Positions 1 to 12,503 of a stretch of 64,000 nt of DNA are shown piece by piece; position 1 is the stretch's first letter; each line of letters starts with the position of its first letter. Below the pieces are notes generated by a model, which did not search any database, was not told the DNA's origin, and saw nothing but the letters and a program-made list of their open reading frames with translations. The translations under genes were made by a program, and so were the position numbers. Source of the DNA: Haliotis rufescens (taxonomy: Eukaryota); contig NW_025963902.1 in assembly GCF_023055435.1 (NCBI RefSeq), positions 1,798,001 to 1,862,000 on the forward strand. Reading direction: 5' to 3'.

Positions 1-2762
1 GTTCAACACAACAATCGTAGCTCTAACGTGATCATAACTCCCATTTTTAACAAAGAATTACGACCATGTACATGTCAATCGATAGATTCCACTTAAAGCA
101 AATGATATTAAACATTGCCAATTACACATCTGATGAATGATGGAAAAGTATTTATTTCGAGTATAGTAATGACATTCCGTATCAACTCTCAAACTGAACC
201 TGTTTCGAGAAATGAATGCTAACCAGATGTTTCAGCGGGGTTTTTTTTACGTAACATTTCGCCACATCTGTCGTCCAAAATGAAGGAACTATTTCGGTTT
301 TAGCAATGTGGCCCAAATATTAAAGTTTTTGATACTGATTAGATGCGGCTGGAGTTTGATGCTCTGCACAAATATAGATTTGATTTATTTCTATTAATAA
401 TGATCTGTATATGGGTGAGTGGGTGAGTGAGTGTGTTATTTACAATCGTATTTTGGCAACATCATGACTTGTTGGCTTCATGAGAAATCATACAACGGAG
501 ATGGGTCCCAGTCGTTTACCAGTCGCTGCGCATGGATCTGGGGCAGAGTTGTGGTTTTTGAGACCGCTTGCTGCTCTGTCTGGGAAACTTATTTGCCCCA
601 TTGGAAAACCTGGCTAGAATAGATCCCCAGAAACATATAGGTAGCTATGCTGATCGAAAGACGCGACATAATGGATTAGGTAGCCACACCTGGTTTGTGC
701 ACGTCATCATACGCCGACAGTGTCGATCGTTACTTAATAATATTGATCGCAAGATTGTCTGGTCCAGGCTCGAGTATTCAGAGGCCGCGGCCATAGAGTT
801 TAGTATTGCTTAGTGGGGCCTAAACAACAAGCAAAAGACAAACGACGTCACTTTGCTTTGATTAACGTACCAAGGTCATGAACTGACCGTAGTGGACAAT
901 GCATAAGTCTTATTGAAGATAGGACCTTTATTGAGCGGACACTGGAAGACATGGACCAAAGAGTTGGACCGTGTGTCCCGAACTCCGTGAATTGACTGCC
1001 CCCTGCGACTCCCACCGCGTCAGCTATACAAATACAAGAACAAGTAACAGTCAATGTGTAAAATGACTGAAATTTGCACTTAAGTGTCTTTTTACAATTA
1101 TTGTTCTATTTCTTATACTATGGTAACGAACAAAAAACGTTCTTATTCTCTAATTCATCACCCTGTCGCTGAAAATGATAGGATTAAAAGAAATTAAACG
1201 AAAGTAATGTATATTTTTGAATTTTTTACTTCAACCTGAGCGTTGGGCGGTCGGGTAGCTTTGTGGTTAAAGCGTTCGCTCGTCACACCGAAGACCCGGG
1301 TTCGGTTCCCGACATGGGTACAAAGTGTGAAGCCCATTTCTGGTGTTCCCCGCCGTGATATTGCTGGAAAATTACTAAAAGCGGTGTAAGACCATACTAA
1401 CTCACTCAGTCTAGGCGTACGTAATGAGTCCATTGTGATATTCATAAGCCAACATGCAAAGAAACATACAAAGTAGATATCATAAACCTAAAATAATTAA
1501 CAATACAAGTATTCATACACACGGCACCAGGAGAGGAGCTGTATATACGCATTGTACACTCGAACAAAAATAGTTTCAGTTTAGTTTGACACAGTTTCAA
1601 GCAAAGACGAAAGCGTGATTGATATTATGAGCAATGTCCAGTGCCATCTTCGGATGATGTTTTGTTTGTTGTTTTACGCCGCACTCAGCAATATCTAGCT
1701 ATAAGACTGCAGTCCGTAAATAATCGAGTCTGAAACAGACAATCCGGTGATTGACATCATGAGCATGGATCCAATCAATTGGGATACGATGACGTGCATC
1801 AATTCAAGTCAGCGAGCCTGACCACCCCACTCAGACTAAGTATACCGACTCCGAGCCGACCAGTCCTTGTTTTAGCCCCTTAATGCCGAGCGCCAAACAG
1901 GGTAACAACAAGTACCATATTTAACGTCTTTTGGCATGACGCGGCGGAGGATCGATCCCGGAACTTCCGCTCTACCCCTAGAGGTAGGTACACGTAGGTG
2001 GTCTACATTAAACTATATAAAATGTTGAGGTGAGTAATGTCAAATATGCTTTCGCTGAATATTGAGACATTCTGCGTGCTTCCACGGGGGAAATTTGCGA
2101 AATGAGTGGGTGTGTGGTTAGAAATAGGAGAATTTGTATTTGAGTCGAAAATGAAAGTAGATAATTGTTCTTGTATCAATTTTACGCTTCCCACTTCATT
2201 GGAAAATATACGTGGTCCGTACACAAGTACCTAAATACACACATCCTAATACTATCAGGGCAATGTGTGTGACGGCATGAAAATATATACAGTATGGAAG
2301 TGAATATTGACAAGTGTGATTGAGACATTCTGCGTGCTTACACGTGAGAAATTAATGAAATAAGTGATTAAATGGTTAAAAATAAGGAAAAGAATATATT
2401 GATGTCAACTACTTTATTATGAGGAACACAACGTTGAGGAGTATATACTTACTCCTTCGTCAGGTTTTCCTCACAATACAGAAGTTGACATTTATAAATT
2501 CTCTTCCTCATGGGTATCACTTTTAAATGCCTTTCAAAGGCTTGGGTAGAAATAGACTATATATTTGAGTGTAAAACCTAAAGAGATGATGCAAACTTGA
2601 CTTTATCGGTATTAATTATAATTACCATTTCAAAGTAATATTTTTTACTAAAATTCACTTTAACGAGGCAATGAAACATTAATCTATCATCATTCAACCC
2701 TGTACAAATATTAATTATCCACAGGAAAGTAACCTTCCTACTTCACATGTATGTACATCATT

Positions 2763-2802
2763 TGCTTGATAATGGTGTAAGTAGCTTCACCGAAACGTCG
2801 CA
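2763..2802 (+). ncRNA. Minimal type-I hammerhead-ribozyme-like motif (Penelope pLTR type)
   Basis: tgc-ttgataa-t-[ggtg(t)aag tag cttcacc]-gaaa-cgtc-gca: stem I, variant CUGAUGA core, stem II, GAAA, palindromic acgt, GUC site. Confidence 0.55.
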
Positions 2803-2851
2803 GTCATAGAAATATCCCTACAACTATCTCTCATGTTCATCATACCATTAG

Positions 2852-3018
2852 AGGGGCGGTCGGGTAGCCTAGTGGTTAAAGCGTTGGCTCGTCACGCCGA
2901 AGACCCGGGTTCGATTCCCGACATGGGTACAATGTGTGAAGCCCATTTCTGGTGTCCCCCGCCGTGATATTGCTGTAATATTGCTAAAACCGGCGTAAAA
3001 CCATACTCACTCACTCAC
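2852..3018 (+). mobile_element. tRNA-derived SINE family 1 (~165 bp), full length
   Basis: A box tagcctagtggtt, B box gggttcgattccc, (ctca)n tail, 12-bp TSD tcataccattag. Other copies near 1243, 8881, 15345 (truncated), 35947-36108(-) and 47369-47610(-). Confidence 0.9.
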
Positions 3019-3889
3019 TCATACCATTAGTTAACCTCTTTGGTTGTAATCATACTACAGCGAACTTTTGTATAAATAAACGCGACAACACCCTTTATTT
3101 ACAGGATTTCTCTGTCTAAACTGTCAATAGTACGATTCCGACTATATGGTGAGCATGTGTTTATGAATCCCTATCAAATAGTGATGATACCAGGTGCTGC
3201 GAAAACATGTGCAATCTTCTATGTGAAATACAGATGTGCGATCTTCTTGGCTTGGTGGTGTTGGGAACTTGGGGTCTGCAGTAATATTATCCACGATATT
3301 CTTCAATGTGCACGTTAAGGGCGTTTATGAAACCCTATGCGAAATCAGAAGAACATTATGTATGTGGGAGTCAAACTATGCATATTATGCTATCTAAGTT
3401 AAACTATTGCACGATATATTGTTATCCCCGTTCTTCATCCAGATTTCCTTTATTAACATTCACACTGGTTCTTCCTGTCCAAAAACCTTACTTTATGGGC
3501 GCCAAATATGGTCGAAGAGCAAAGGTCCGGTCATCATATTTTTAACAAAAAGGACTCGGATTGGCCACAATTTTTTTCATCATGGCTGCAATGTCGGCCA
3601 TATTGAAAATTAGATTCGAAATAAATTCAGATGACATGATTGGTGGGAAAAGGCATGTAAAGCTTGGGATTACTTGGAATGACTTGTTTCTAAACATTCG
3701 TCCACACATCCGGTGCCCTTGTCAGTGTTAGTGTTGTTGGTCTTCAATGGTCTTCGTCTTCCCATATGTTATAAATTATGCCATATTTTAGATATTACTG
3801 CCTTACGTATCTTGTGGGAACTTTAAAGATATGTTTCCTTCACACATCTTCTTAAGTTGGTTCAACTTTTAAAATGACTCCTAAAGCTT

Positions 3890-4900
3890 TAGACTGGATT
3901 TGAATGCTCCATACAAAAGAATAATTCCATACAAAAAGATATGTTACTGGGTCCAGCAAATGTACCACCAAATCCTGGTCTCAAAGATAAACCATAATCC
4001 TTAATACAATCAAGGAAAGGCTTCCTGCATTTTCAAATAAAGTATTTGAGACAAGTGGAATTAGTACCAAAACCTCCAAAGAAAAGCTTGACTTTCTAAA
4101 AAAAGAACCAACTTCAGTTCTGTCAAAACATTTGATTTTTCAACTTTGTACACCATTATCTCACATGGCAAACTTTAGGAAATAATTCTTTCCTTGATCC
4201 ATGTTTTTTTGGTTACAAAACAAGAAGTGTATCTTCAGCTTCAGGTGTACCGATGATCTGATATCATTCAATTTCCTTCAAATAGCTTCCCTTCCACTGA
4301 TTTACCCACCTGAAGCAAAGGATACAGCTCATATGTTTCATTTTTAGATCTATGCATAAATGTTCAGAGTGACAATACACTATCCACAGGATGACAAGAA
4401 GGATGACTTCAATTTTTCCCATTATGTCAAGCAAAATTCCTGCAGCGCCAGTGTTTGGTGTTTACATTTCACAACTTTTGAGGTACAATCGGGCATGCTC
4501 CGTCTACTAGGATTTCAAGGAGCGGCATACGACGCTTGCTCAGAAGTTGTTTGATCAGAGTTACATCATAAAAGACCTCAGTACAACTTTTGAAAAGTTT
4601 TGAGGTAGACAAGTTGAGGACATTCGACGCATAGACAACAAAAATGATCTCAAATGTTATTCCCTATCTTCACTTGTACCATATGTTACCGGGGTTTTTT
4701 TCAAGGACACAATTGACTTGCCTTTGCATGTTTTTATGACTGGTGCCACCGTTTGGGCAGTATAACCTCACCTTCTTGTAATCACCTGGTACAATCACTA
4801 TTTGATAGTGATTCATGATATCATGATATGGTCGGAATCCTAAATTGATTCTGCAGAGATTGCTTATAGATATGGAAAGGGTTTTATCGCGTTTATAGAT
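3890..4900 (+). mobile_element. Decayed Penelope-like retroelement RT fragment (also at ~10860-11870)
   Basis: Frameshifted remains of GSSKCTTK, SVKTFDFSTLYTII and DKxDDFNFS; homologous to the better-preserved unit-3 copy. Confidence 0.7.
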
Positions 4901-5535
4901 ACCATTATTTCTTTTACATGTATAGAAGTACGCCCGCTATACTAAGGTGGCTTGTAAACAATCGAGTCTGGACCAGTCAGTCCAGAGATAGTAGACTAGA
5001 CAATTCAGCGACACGATAGTGCGTTTACTGATGTTATTGAAACTAAAAGTAATAAATGTACAAGTGCAAAGATCCTTCTGCTTACAAAGAAAGAAACACA
5101 AAATTAAATATTATTATGAAACTCAGGGATTTAATATTTCCGCAGTTCAATTAAAACATACGTCAACGATGGGTGATGGGTGTAACATAATTTGAGAATC
5201 AACAATGAAGAATTACACATCATCTATCCTTGGCGCTCATGGCGAGTTACAGCATGGACAGGTAATCTGTAATTCCGAATAACTCAGTATCAGTTTAAAA
5301 AAGAAAATGAAGGTAAATCGTATCAAATGTCAAGGTTACTGAGAAAATCTTAACTGAAGCAAGCAAATTGCTCACATGACGTAATATTATCAATTTGTTA
5401 CGACATGAACAATGGATGACGTCAAGGTGTATGTTTTAATAATTAAGCACTGTGGCTTCATCAACTGACGATTCAACATTGAGAATCACTAAAATGTATT
5501 TGTGATTATATCAGAAAGTTTTGTCACACGATATC

Positions 5536-6648
5536 TCAACATTTAAGTGTAATGTCCTCCTCTCTTGCGTCTTGGTACTCCAACACTGCATCGATGTAGT
5601 CCACAGCCAGTTTCCCTGCCCAGGATTCAAGCTTGTAGTTCTCTATGAATCCACAGTGACCACCTTTCTCTGTCGTCACCAACATCCAGTTAGGCCGCTG
5701 GAAATGATCATAGGGTATGTTGCCAGCAACACAGATCGGATCGTCCAGACTGTTGATACACAACACAGGGGAGACAACTGAATCCACGTTAGCCATTGGG
5801 TCGTTGTGCAGCCACATGTCATCAACGTCCTTGAACCCATGCATCTTGAAGTAAAGGTGACCCTCAAATTCCTCTATAGACTTTGAATTGTAAACAGCTT
5901 GGATGTCCACAACTGGCTTCAGAATAAGTTCGTTCGGTTTAACCAAAGACGTTTTCAGCATATGTAGTATAAATTTCTCATATATGGTACTCATGCCCTC
6001 GATTTCTGATAGATCGAATCCCGACCCAATGAATACAGAGGGGCCGATGTACGACCTCCCAGCGTACTCACCCATATACCTACTCAGTATAGCCGTTCCT
6101 GCGGAGTAAGCAACGCCAGCCATTGCGGCCTTAGGGAACTTCCGGTGAATATGCTCCACACAGTATCGAAAGTCACTTGTTTCCCCAAAGCACTGGAGAC
6201 GCGGTGTTGTGAGTAAGGAACCACAATGACCGCGTCTGTTGAACACTACAACTCTGAATCTCCCGGCCGCCATCTTGCACACTTTGTTGATACCCTCCTT
6301 CCCTCCCCCCACCCCCGGAATTACGACCAACACGGGACTTGTGTCCGTCAGACACGCCTCGTTGTCCAACCAGTCTAGAGAAGCGAGACCACCGTCCGGT
6401 AAATGTACGTTTTCTCGCTTGTAGTTCAGAGGCGAGAACTCCAGGCAACAGATAATTGTATGTACATGTCTATTGCCTAATCCCAACGGCGGGGTGTAAG
6501 GTTCTTTCAGCCGTGGTACTTTATTTATAATGTACTCGTGGAATTTTGAATCACCATAGAACAGCTTCGGTGTAGACTTCCTTCGTCGGAACCAACTGTG
6601 ATGGATGAAGATGGCAATACAACTGACGCAAATAACCACAAATATCAT
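5536..6648 (-). CDS. ABHD1/2/3 (YheT-like) alpha/beta-hydrolase, copy 1, intronless, 370 aa
   Basis: N-terminal hydrophobic anchor; RENVHLPDGGLASLDW; VIPG oxyanion region; FNRRGH..LTTPRLQCFGETSD; nucleophile AYSAG; DDP Asp; GGHCGF His. Confidence 0.9.
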   Translation of the reverse strand: MIFVVICVSCIAIFIHHSWFRRRKSTPKLFYGDSKFHEYIINKVPRLKEPYTPPLGLGNRHVHTIICCLEFSPLNYKRENVHLPDGGLASLDWLDNEACLTDTSPVLVVIPGVGGGKEGINKVCKMAAGRFRVVVFNRRGHCGSLLTTPRLQCFGETSDFRYCVEHIHRKFPKAAMAGVAYSAGTAILSRYMGEYAGRSYIGPSVFIGSGFDLSEIEGMSTIYEKFILHMLKTSLVKPNELILKPVVDIQAVYNSKSIEEFEGHLYFKMHGFKDVDDMWLHNDPMANVDSVVSPVLCINSLDDPICVAGNIPYDHFQRPNWMLVTTEKGGHCGFIENYKLESWAGKLAVDYIDAVLEYQDAREEDITLKC

Positions 6649-6707
6649 CTCGACCCTTGCGAGAGAAACAGACCCGATGTGGAATATATATTGCCGACTG
6701 TTGAATA

Positions 6708-7401
6708 TATATAGTAACGCTTCAGCGGCGTCGGCGTCAATACTAATTTAATAGTAATTGATGACGCTTCCCAATGCTTATATAGTAACGCTTCAGCGGC
6801 GTCGGCGTCAATACAAATTTAATAGTAATTGATGACGCTTCCCAATGCTTATATAGTAACGCTTCAGCGGCGTCGGTGTCAATACTAATTAAATGGTAAT
6901 TGATGACGCTTCCCATTGCTTATATAGTAACGCTTCAGCGGCGTCGGTGTCAATACTAATTTAATGGTAATTGATGACGCTTCCCATTGCTTATATAGTA
7001 ACGCTTCAGCGGCGTCGGCGTCAATACTAATTTAATGGTAATTGATGGCGCTTCCCATTGCTTATATAATAACGCTTCAGTGGCGTCGGTGTCAATACTA
7101 ATTTAATGGTAATTGATGACGCTTCCCATTGCTTATATAATAACGCTTCAGTGGCGTCGGTGTCAATACTAATTTAATGGTAATTGATGACGCTTCCCAT
7201 TGCTTATATAGTAACGCTTCAGCGGCGTCGGTGTCAATACTAATTAAATGGTAATTGATGACGCTTCCCATTGCTTATATAATAACGCTTCAGTGGCGTC
7301 GGTGTCAATACTAATTTAATGGTAATTGATGACGCTTCCCATTGCTTATATAGTAACGCTTCAGTGGCGTCGGTGTCAATACTAATTAAATGGTAATTGA
7401 T
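6708..7401. repeat. 71-bp minisatellite, ~9.7 copies, just upstream of ABHD copy 1
   Basis: Unit tatatagtaacgcttcagcggcgtcggtgtcaatactaatttaatggtaattgatgacgcttcccattgct; agtaacgc recurs every 71 bp from 6713 to 7352. Confidence 0.95.
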
Positions 7402-10400
7402 AAGTCTCCACTATCAAAACAGATGGAGAAAGGTGGGCTTGGTGTTAATTGATATGTACCTGTGAAGACAATGTTAACTTGAGCAATTGTTGCACGCCTG
7501 CGCAAAGTCATTGTATTGTGCGGATCCAATTTCAGTAACAATTTGCCAGTTACTTTTTAATTAACTGTAAATTATGACAGTAAAAGAAAAATGTAATTTG
7601 AACCTCAATTTTATGCTGGTTGGAAAAGTTCTGGGGTCCGTTCAACACAACAATCGTAGCTCTAACGTGACCATAACTTCCATTTTTAACAAAGACTTAC
7701 GACCATGTACATGACAATCGATAGATTCCACTTAAAGCAAATGATGTTGAACATTGCCAATTACACATCTGATGAATGATGGAAAAGTATTTATTTCGAG
7801 TATAGTAATGACATTCCGTATCAACTCTCAAACTGAACCGGTTTCGAGAAATGAATGCTAACCAGATGTTTCAGCGGGTTAGTTTTATGTAACATTTTGC
7901 CACATCTGTCTTCCAAAATGAAGGAACTATTTCGGTTTTAGCAATGTGGCCCAAATATTAAAGTTTTTGATACTGATTAGATGCGGCTGGAGTTTGATGC
8001 TCTGCACAAATATAGATTTGATTTATTTCTATTAATAATGATCTGTATATGGGTGAGTGGGTGAGTGAGTGTGTTATTTACAATCGTATTTTGGCAACAT
8101 CATGACTTGTTGGCTTCATGAGAAATCATACAACGGAGATGGGTCCCAGTCGTTTACCAGTCGCAGCGCATGGATCTGGGGCAGAGTTGTGGTTTTTGAG
8201 ACCGCTTGCTGCTCTGTCTGGGAAACTTATTTGCCCCATTGGAAAACCTGGCTAGAATAGATCCCCAGAAACATATAGGTAGCTATGCTGATCGAAAGAC
8301 GCGACATAATGGATTAGGTAGTCACACCTGGTTTGTGCACGTCATCATACGCCGACAGTGTCGATCGTTACTTAATAATATTGATCGCAAGATTGTCTGG
8401 TCCAGGCTCGATTATTCAGAGGCCGCGGCCATAGAGTTTAGTATTGCTTAGTGGGGCCTAAACAACAAGCAAAAGACAAACGACGTCACTTTGCTTTGAT
8501 TAACGTACCAAGGTCATGAACTGACCGTAGTGGACAATGCATAAGTCTTATTGAAGATAGGACCTTTATTGAGCGGACACTGGAAGACATGGACCATAGA
8601 GTTGGACCGTGTGTCCCGAACTCCGTGAATCGACTGCCCCCTGCGACTCCCACCGCGTCAGCTATACAAATACAAGAACATGTAACAGTCAATGTGTAAA
8701 ATGACTGAAATTTGCACTTAAGTGTCTTTTTACAATTATTGTTCTATTTCTTATACTATGGTAACGAACAAAAAACGTTCTTATTCTCTAATTCATCACC
8801 CTGTCGCTGAAAATGATAGGATTAAAAGAAATTAAACGAAAGTAATGTATATTTTTGAATTTTTTACTTCAATCTGAGCGTTGGGCGGTCGGGTAGCTTT
8901 GTGGTTAAAGCGTTCGCTCGTCACACCGAAGACCCGGGTTCGGTTCCCGACATGGGTACAAAGTGTGAAGCCCATTTCTGGTGTCCCCCGCCGTGATATT
9001 GCTGGAAAATTACTAAAAGCGGTGTAAGACCATACTAACTCACTCAGTCTAGGCGTACGTAATGAGTCCATTGTGATATTCATAAGCCAACATGCAAAGA
9101 AACATACAAAGTAAATATCATAAACCTAAAATAATTAACAATACAAGTATTCATACACACGGCACCAGGAGAGGAGCTGTATATACGCATTGTACACTCG
9201 AACAAAAATAGTTTCAGTTTAGTTTGACACAGTTTCCAGCAAAGACGAAAGCGTGATTGATATTATGAGCAATGTCCCGTGCCATCTTCGGATGATGTTT
9301 TGTTTGTTGTTTTACGCCGCACTCAGCAATATCTAGCTATAAGACTGCAGTCCGTAAATAATCGAGTCTGAAACAGACAATCCGGTGATTGACATCATGA
9401 GCATGGATCCAATCAATTGGGATACGATGACGTGCATCAATTCAAGTCAGCGAGCCTGACCACCCCACTCAGACTAAGTATACCGACTCCGAGCCGACCA
9501 GTCCTTGTTTTAGCCCCTTAATGCCGAGCGCCAAACAGGGTAACAACAAGTACCATATTAAACGTCTTTTGGCATGACGCGGCGGAGGATCGATCCCGGA
9601 ACTTCCGCTCTACCCCTAGAGGTAGGTACACGTAGGTGGTCTACATTAAACTATATAAAATGTTGAGGTGAGTAATGTCAAATATGCTTTCGCTGAATAT
9701 TGAGACATTCTGCGTGCTTCCACGGGGGAAATTTGCGAAATGAGTGGGTGTGTGGTTAGAAATAGGAGAATTTGTATTTGAGTCGAAAATGAAAGTAGAT
9801 AATTGTTCTTGTATCAATTTTACGCTTCCCACTTCATTGGAAAATATACGTGGTCCGTACACAAGTACCTAAATACACACATCCTAATACTATCAGGGCA
9901 ATGTGTGTGACGGCATGAAAATATATACAGTATGGAAGTGAATATTGACAAGTGTGATTGAGACATTCTGCGTGCTTACACGTGAGAAATTAATGAAATA
10001 AGTGATTAAATGGTTAAAAATAAGGAAAAGAATATATTGATGTCAACTACTTTATTATGAGGAACACAACGTTGAGGAGTATATACTTACTCCTTCGTCA
10101 GGTTTTCCTCACAATACAGAAGTTGACATTTATAAATTCTCTTCCTCATGGGTATCACTTTTAAATGCCTTTCAAAGGCTTGGGTAGAAATAGACTATAT
10201 ATTTGAGTGTAAAACCTAAAGAGATGATGCAAACTTGACTTTATCGGTATTAATTATAATTACCATTTCAAAGTAATATTTTTTACTAAAATTCACTTTA
10301 ACGAGGCAATGAAACATTAATCTATCATCATTGTGGGAGTCAAACTATGCATATTATGCTATCTAAGTTAAACTATTGCACGATATATTGTTATCCCCGT

Positions 10401-12503
10401 TCTTCATCCAGATTTCCTCTATTAACATTCACACTGGTTCTTCCTGTCCAAAAACCTTACTTTATGGGCGCCAAATATGGTCGAAGTGCAAAGGTCCGGT
10501 CATCACATTTTTAACAAAAAGGACTCGGATTGGCCACAATTTTTTTCATCATGGCTGCAATGTCGGCCATATTGAAAATTAGATTCGAAATAAATTCAGA
10601 TGACATGATTGGTGGGAAAAGGCATGTAAAGCTTGGGATTACTTGGAATGACTTGTTTCTAAACATTCGTCCACACATCCGGTGCCCTTGTCAGTGTTAG
10701 TGTTGTTGGTCTTCAATGGTCTTCGTCTTCCCATATGTTATAAATTATGCCATATTTTAGATATTACTGCCTTACGTATCTTGTGGGAACTTTAAAGATA
10801 TGTTTCCTTCACACATCTTCTTAAGTTGGTTCAACTTTTAAAATGACTCCTAAAGCTTTAGACTGGATTTGAATGCTCCATACAAAAAAATAATTCCATA
10901 CAAAAAGATATGTTACTGGGTCCAGCAAATGTACCACCAAATCCTGGTCTCAAAGATAAACCATAATCCTTAATACAATCAAGGAAAGGCTTCCTGCATT
11001 TTCAAATAAAGTATTTGAGACAAGTGGAATTAGTACCAAAACCTCCAAAGAAAAGCTTGACTTTCTAAAAAAAGAACCAACTTCAGTTCTGTCAAAACAT
11101 TTGATTTTTCAACTTTGTACACCATTATCTCACATGGCAAACTTTAGGAAATAATTCTTTCCTTGATCCATGTTTTTTTGGTTACAAAACAAGAAGTGTA
11201 TCTTCAGCTTCAGGTGTACCGATGATCTGATATCATTCAATTTCCTTCAAATAGCTTCCCTTCCACTGATTTACCCACCTGAAGCAAAGGATACAGCTCA
11301 TATGTTTCATTTTTAGATCTATGCATAAATGTTCAGAGTGACAATACACTATCCACAGGATGACAAGAGGGATGACTTCAATTTTTCCCATTATGTCAAG
11401 CAAAATTCCTGCAGCTCCAGTGTTTGGTGTTTACATTTCACAACTTTTGAGGTACAATCGGGCATGCTCCGTCTACTAGGATTTCAAGGAGCGGCATACG
11501 ACGCTTGCTCAGAAGTTGTTTGATCAAAGTTACATCATAAAAGACCTCAGTACAACTTTTGAAAAGTTTTGAGGTAGACAAGTTGAGGACATTCGACGCA
11601 TAGACAACAAAAATGATCTTAAATGTTATTCCCTATCTTCACTTGTACCATATGTTACCGGGTTTTTTTCAGGGACACAATTGACTTGCCTTTGCATGTT
11701 TTTATGACTGGTGCCACCGTTTGGGCAGTATAACCTCACCTTCTTGTGATCACCTGGTACAATCACTATTTGATAGTGATTCATGATATCATGATATGGT
11801 CGGAATCCTAAATTGATTCTGCAGAGATTTCTTATAGATATGGAAAGGGTTTTATCGCGTTTATAGATACCATTATTTCTTTTACATGTATAGAAGTACG
11901 CCCGCTATACTAAGGTGGCTTGTAAACAATCGAGTCTGGACCAGTCAGTCCAGAGATAGTAGACTAGACAATTCAGCGACACGATAGTGCGTTTACTGAT
12001 GTTATTGAAACTAAAAGTAATAAATGTACAAGTGCAAAGATCCTTCTGCTTACAAAGAAAGAAACACAAAATTAAATATTATTATGAAACTCAGGGATTT
12101 AATATTTCCGCAGTTCAATTAAAACATACGTCAACGATGGGTGATGGGTGTAACATAATTTGAGAATCAACAATGAAGAATTACACATCATCTATCCTTG
12201 GCGCTCATGGCGAGTTACAGCATGGACAGGTAATCTGTAATTCCGAATAACTCAGTATCAGTTTAAAAAAGAAAATGAAGGTAAATCGTATCAAATGTCA
12301 AGGTTACTGAGAAAATCTTAACTGAAGCAAGCAAATTGCTCAGATGACGTAATATTATCAATTTGTTACGACATGAACAATGGATGACGTCAAGGTGTAT
12401 GTTTTAATAATTAAGCACTGTGGCTTCATCAAATGACGATTCAACATTGAGAATCACTAAAATGTATTTGTGATTATATCAGAAAGTTTTGTCACACGAT
12501 ATC

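Noticed and set aside
2852-2925. tRNA gene
   Set aside because: A/B boxes continue into a SINE body, tail and TSD, and the sequence is multi-copy.
431-4554. Short ORFs conserved between duplication units
   Set aside because: Conservation reflects recent DNA duplication; they overlap SINE or Penelope debris and most are broken or reframed in unit 3.
5521-6448. Overlapping antisense and alternate-frame ORFs in the ABHD genes
   Set aside because: Shadows of the real CDS with no recognisable motifs.
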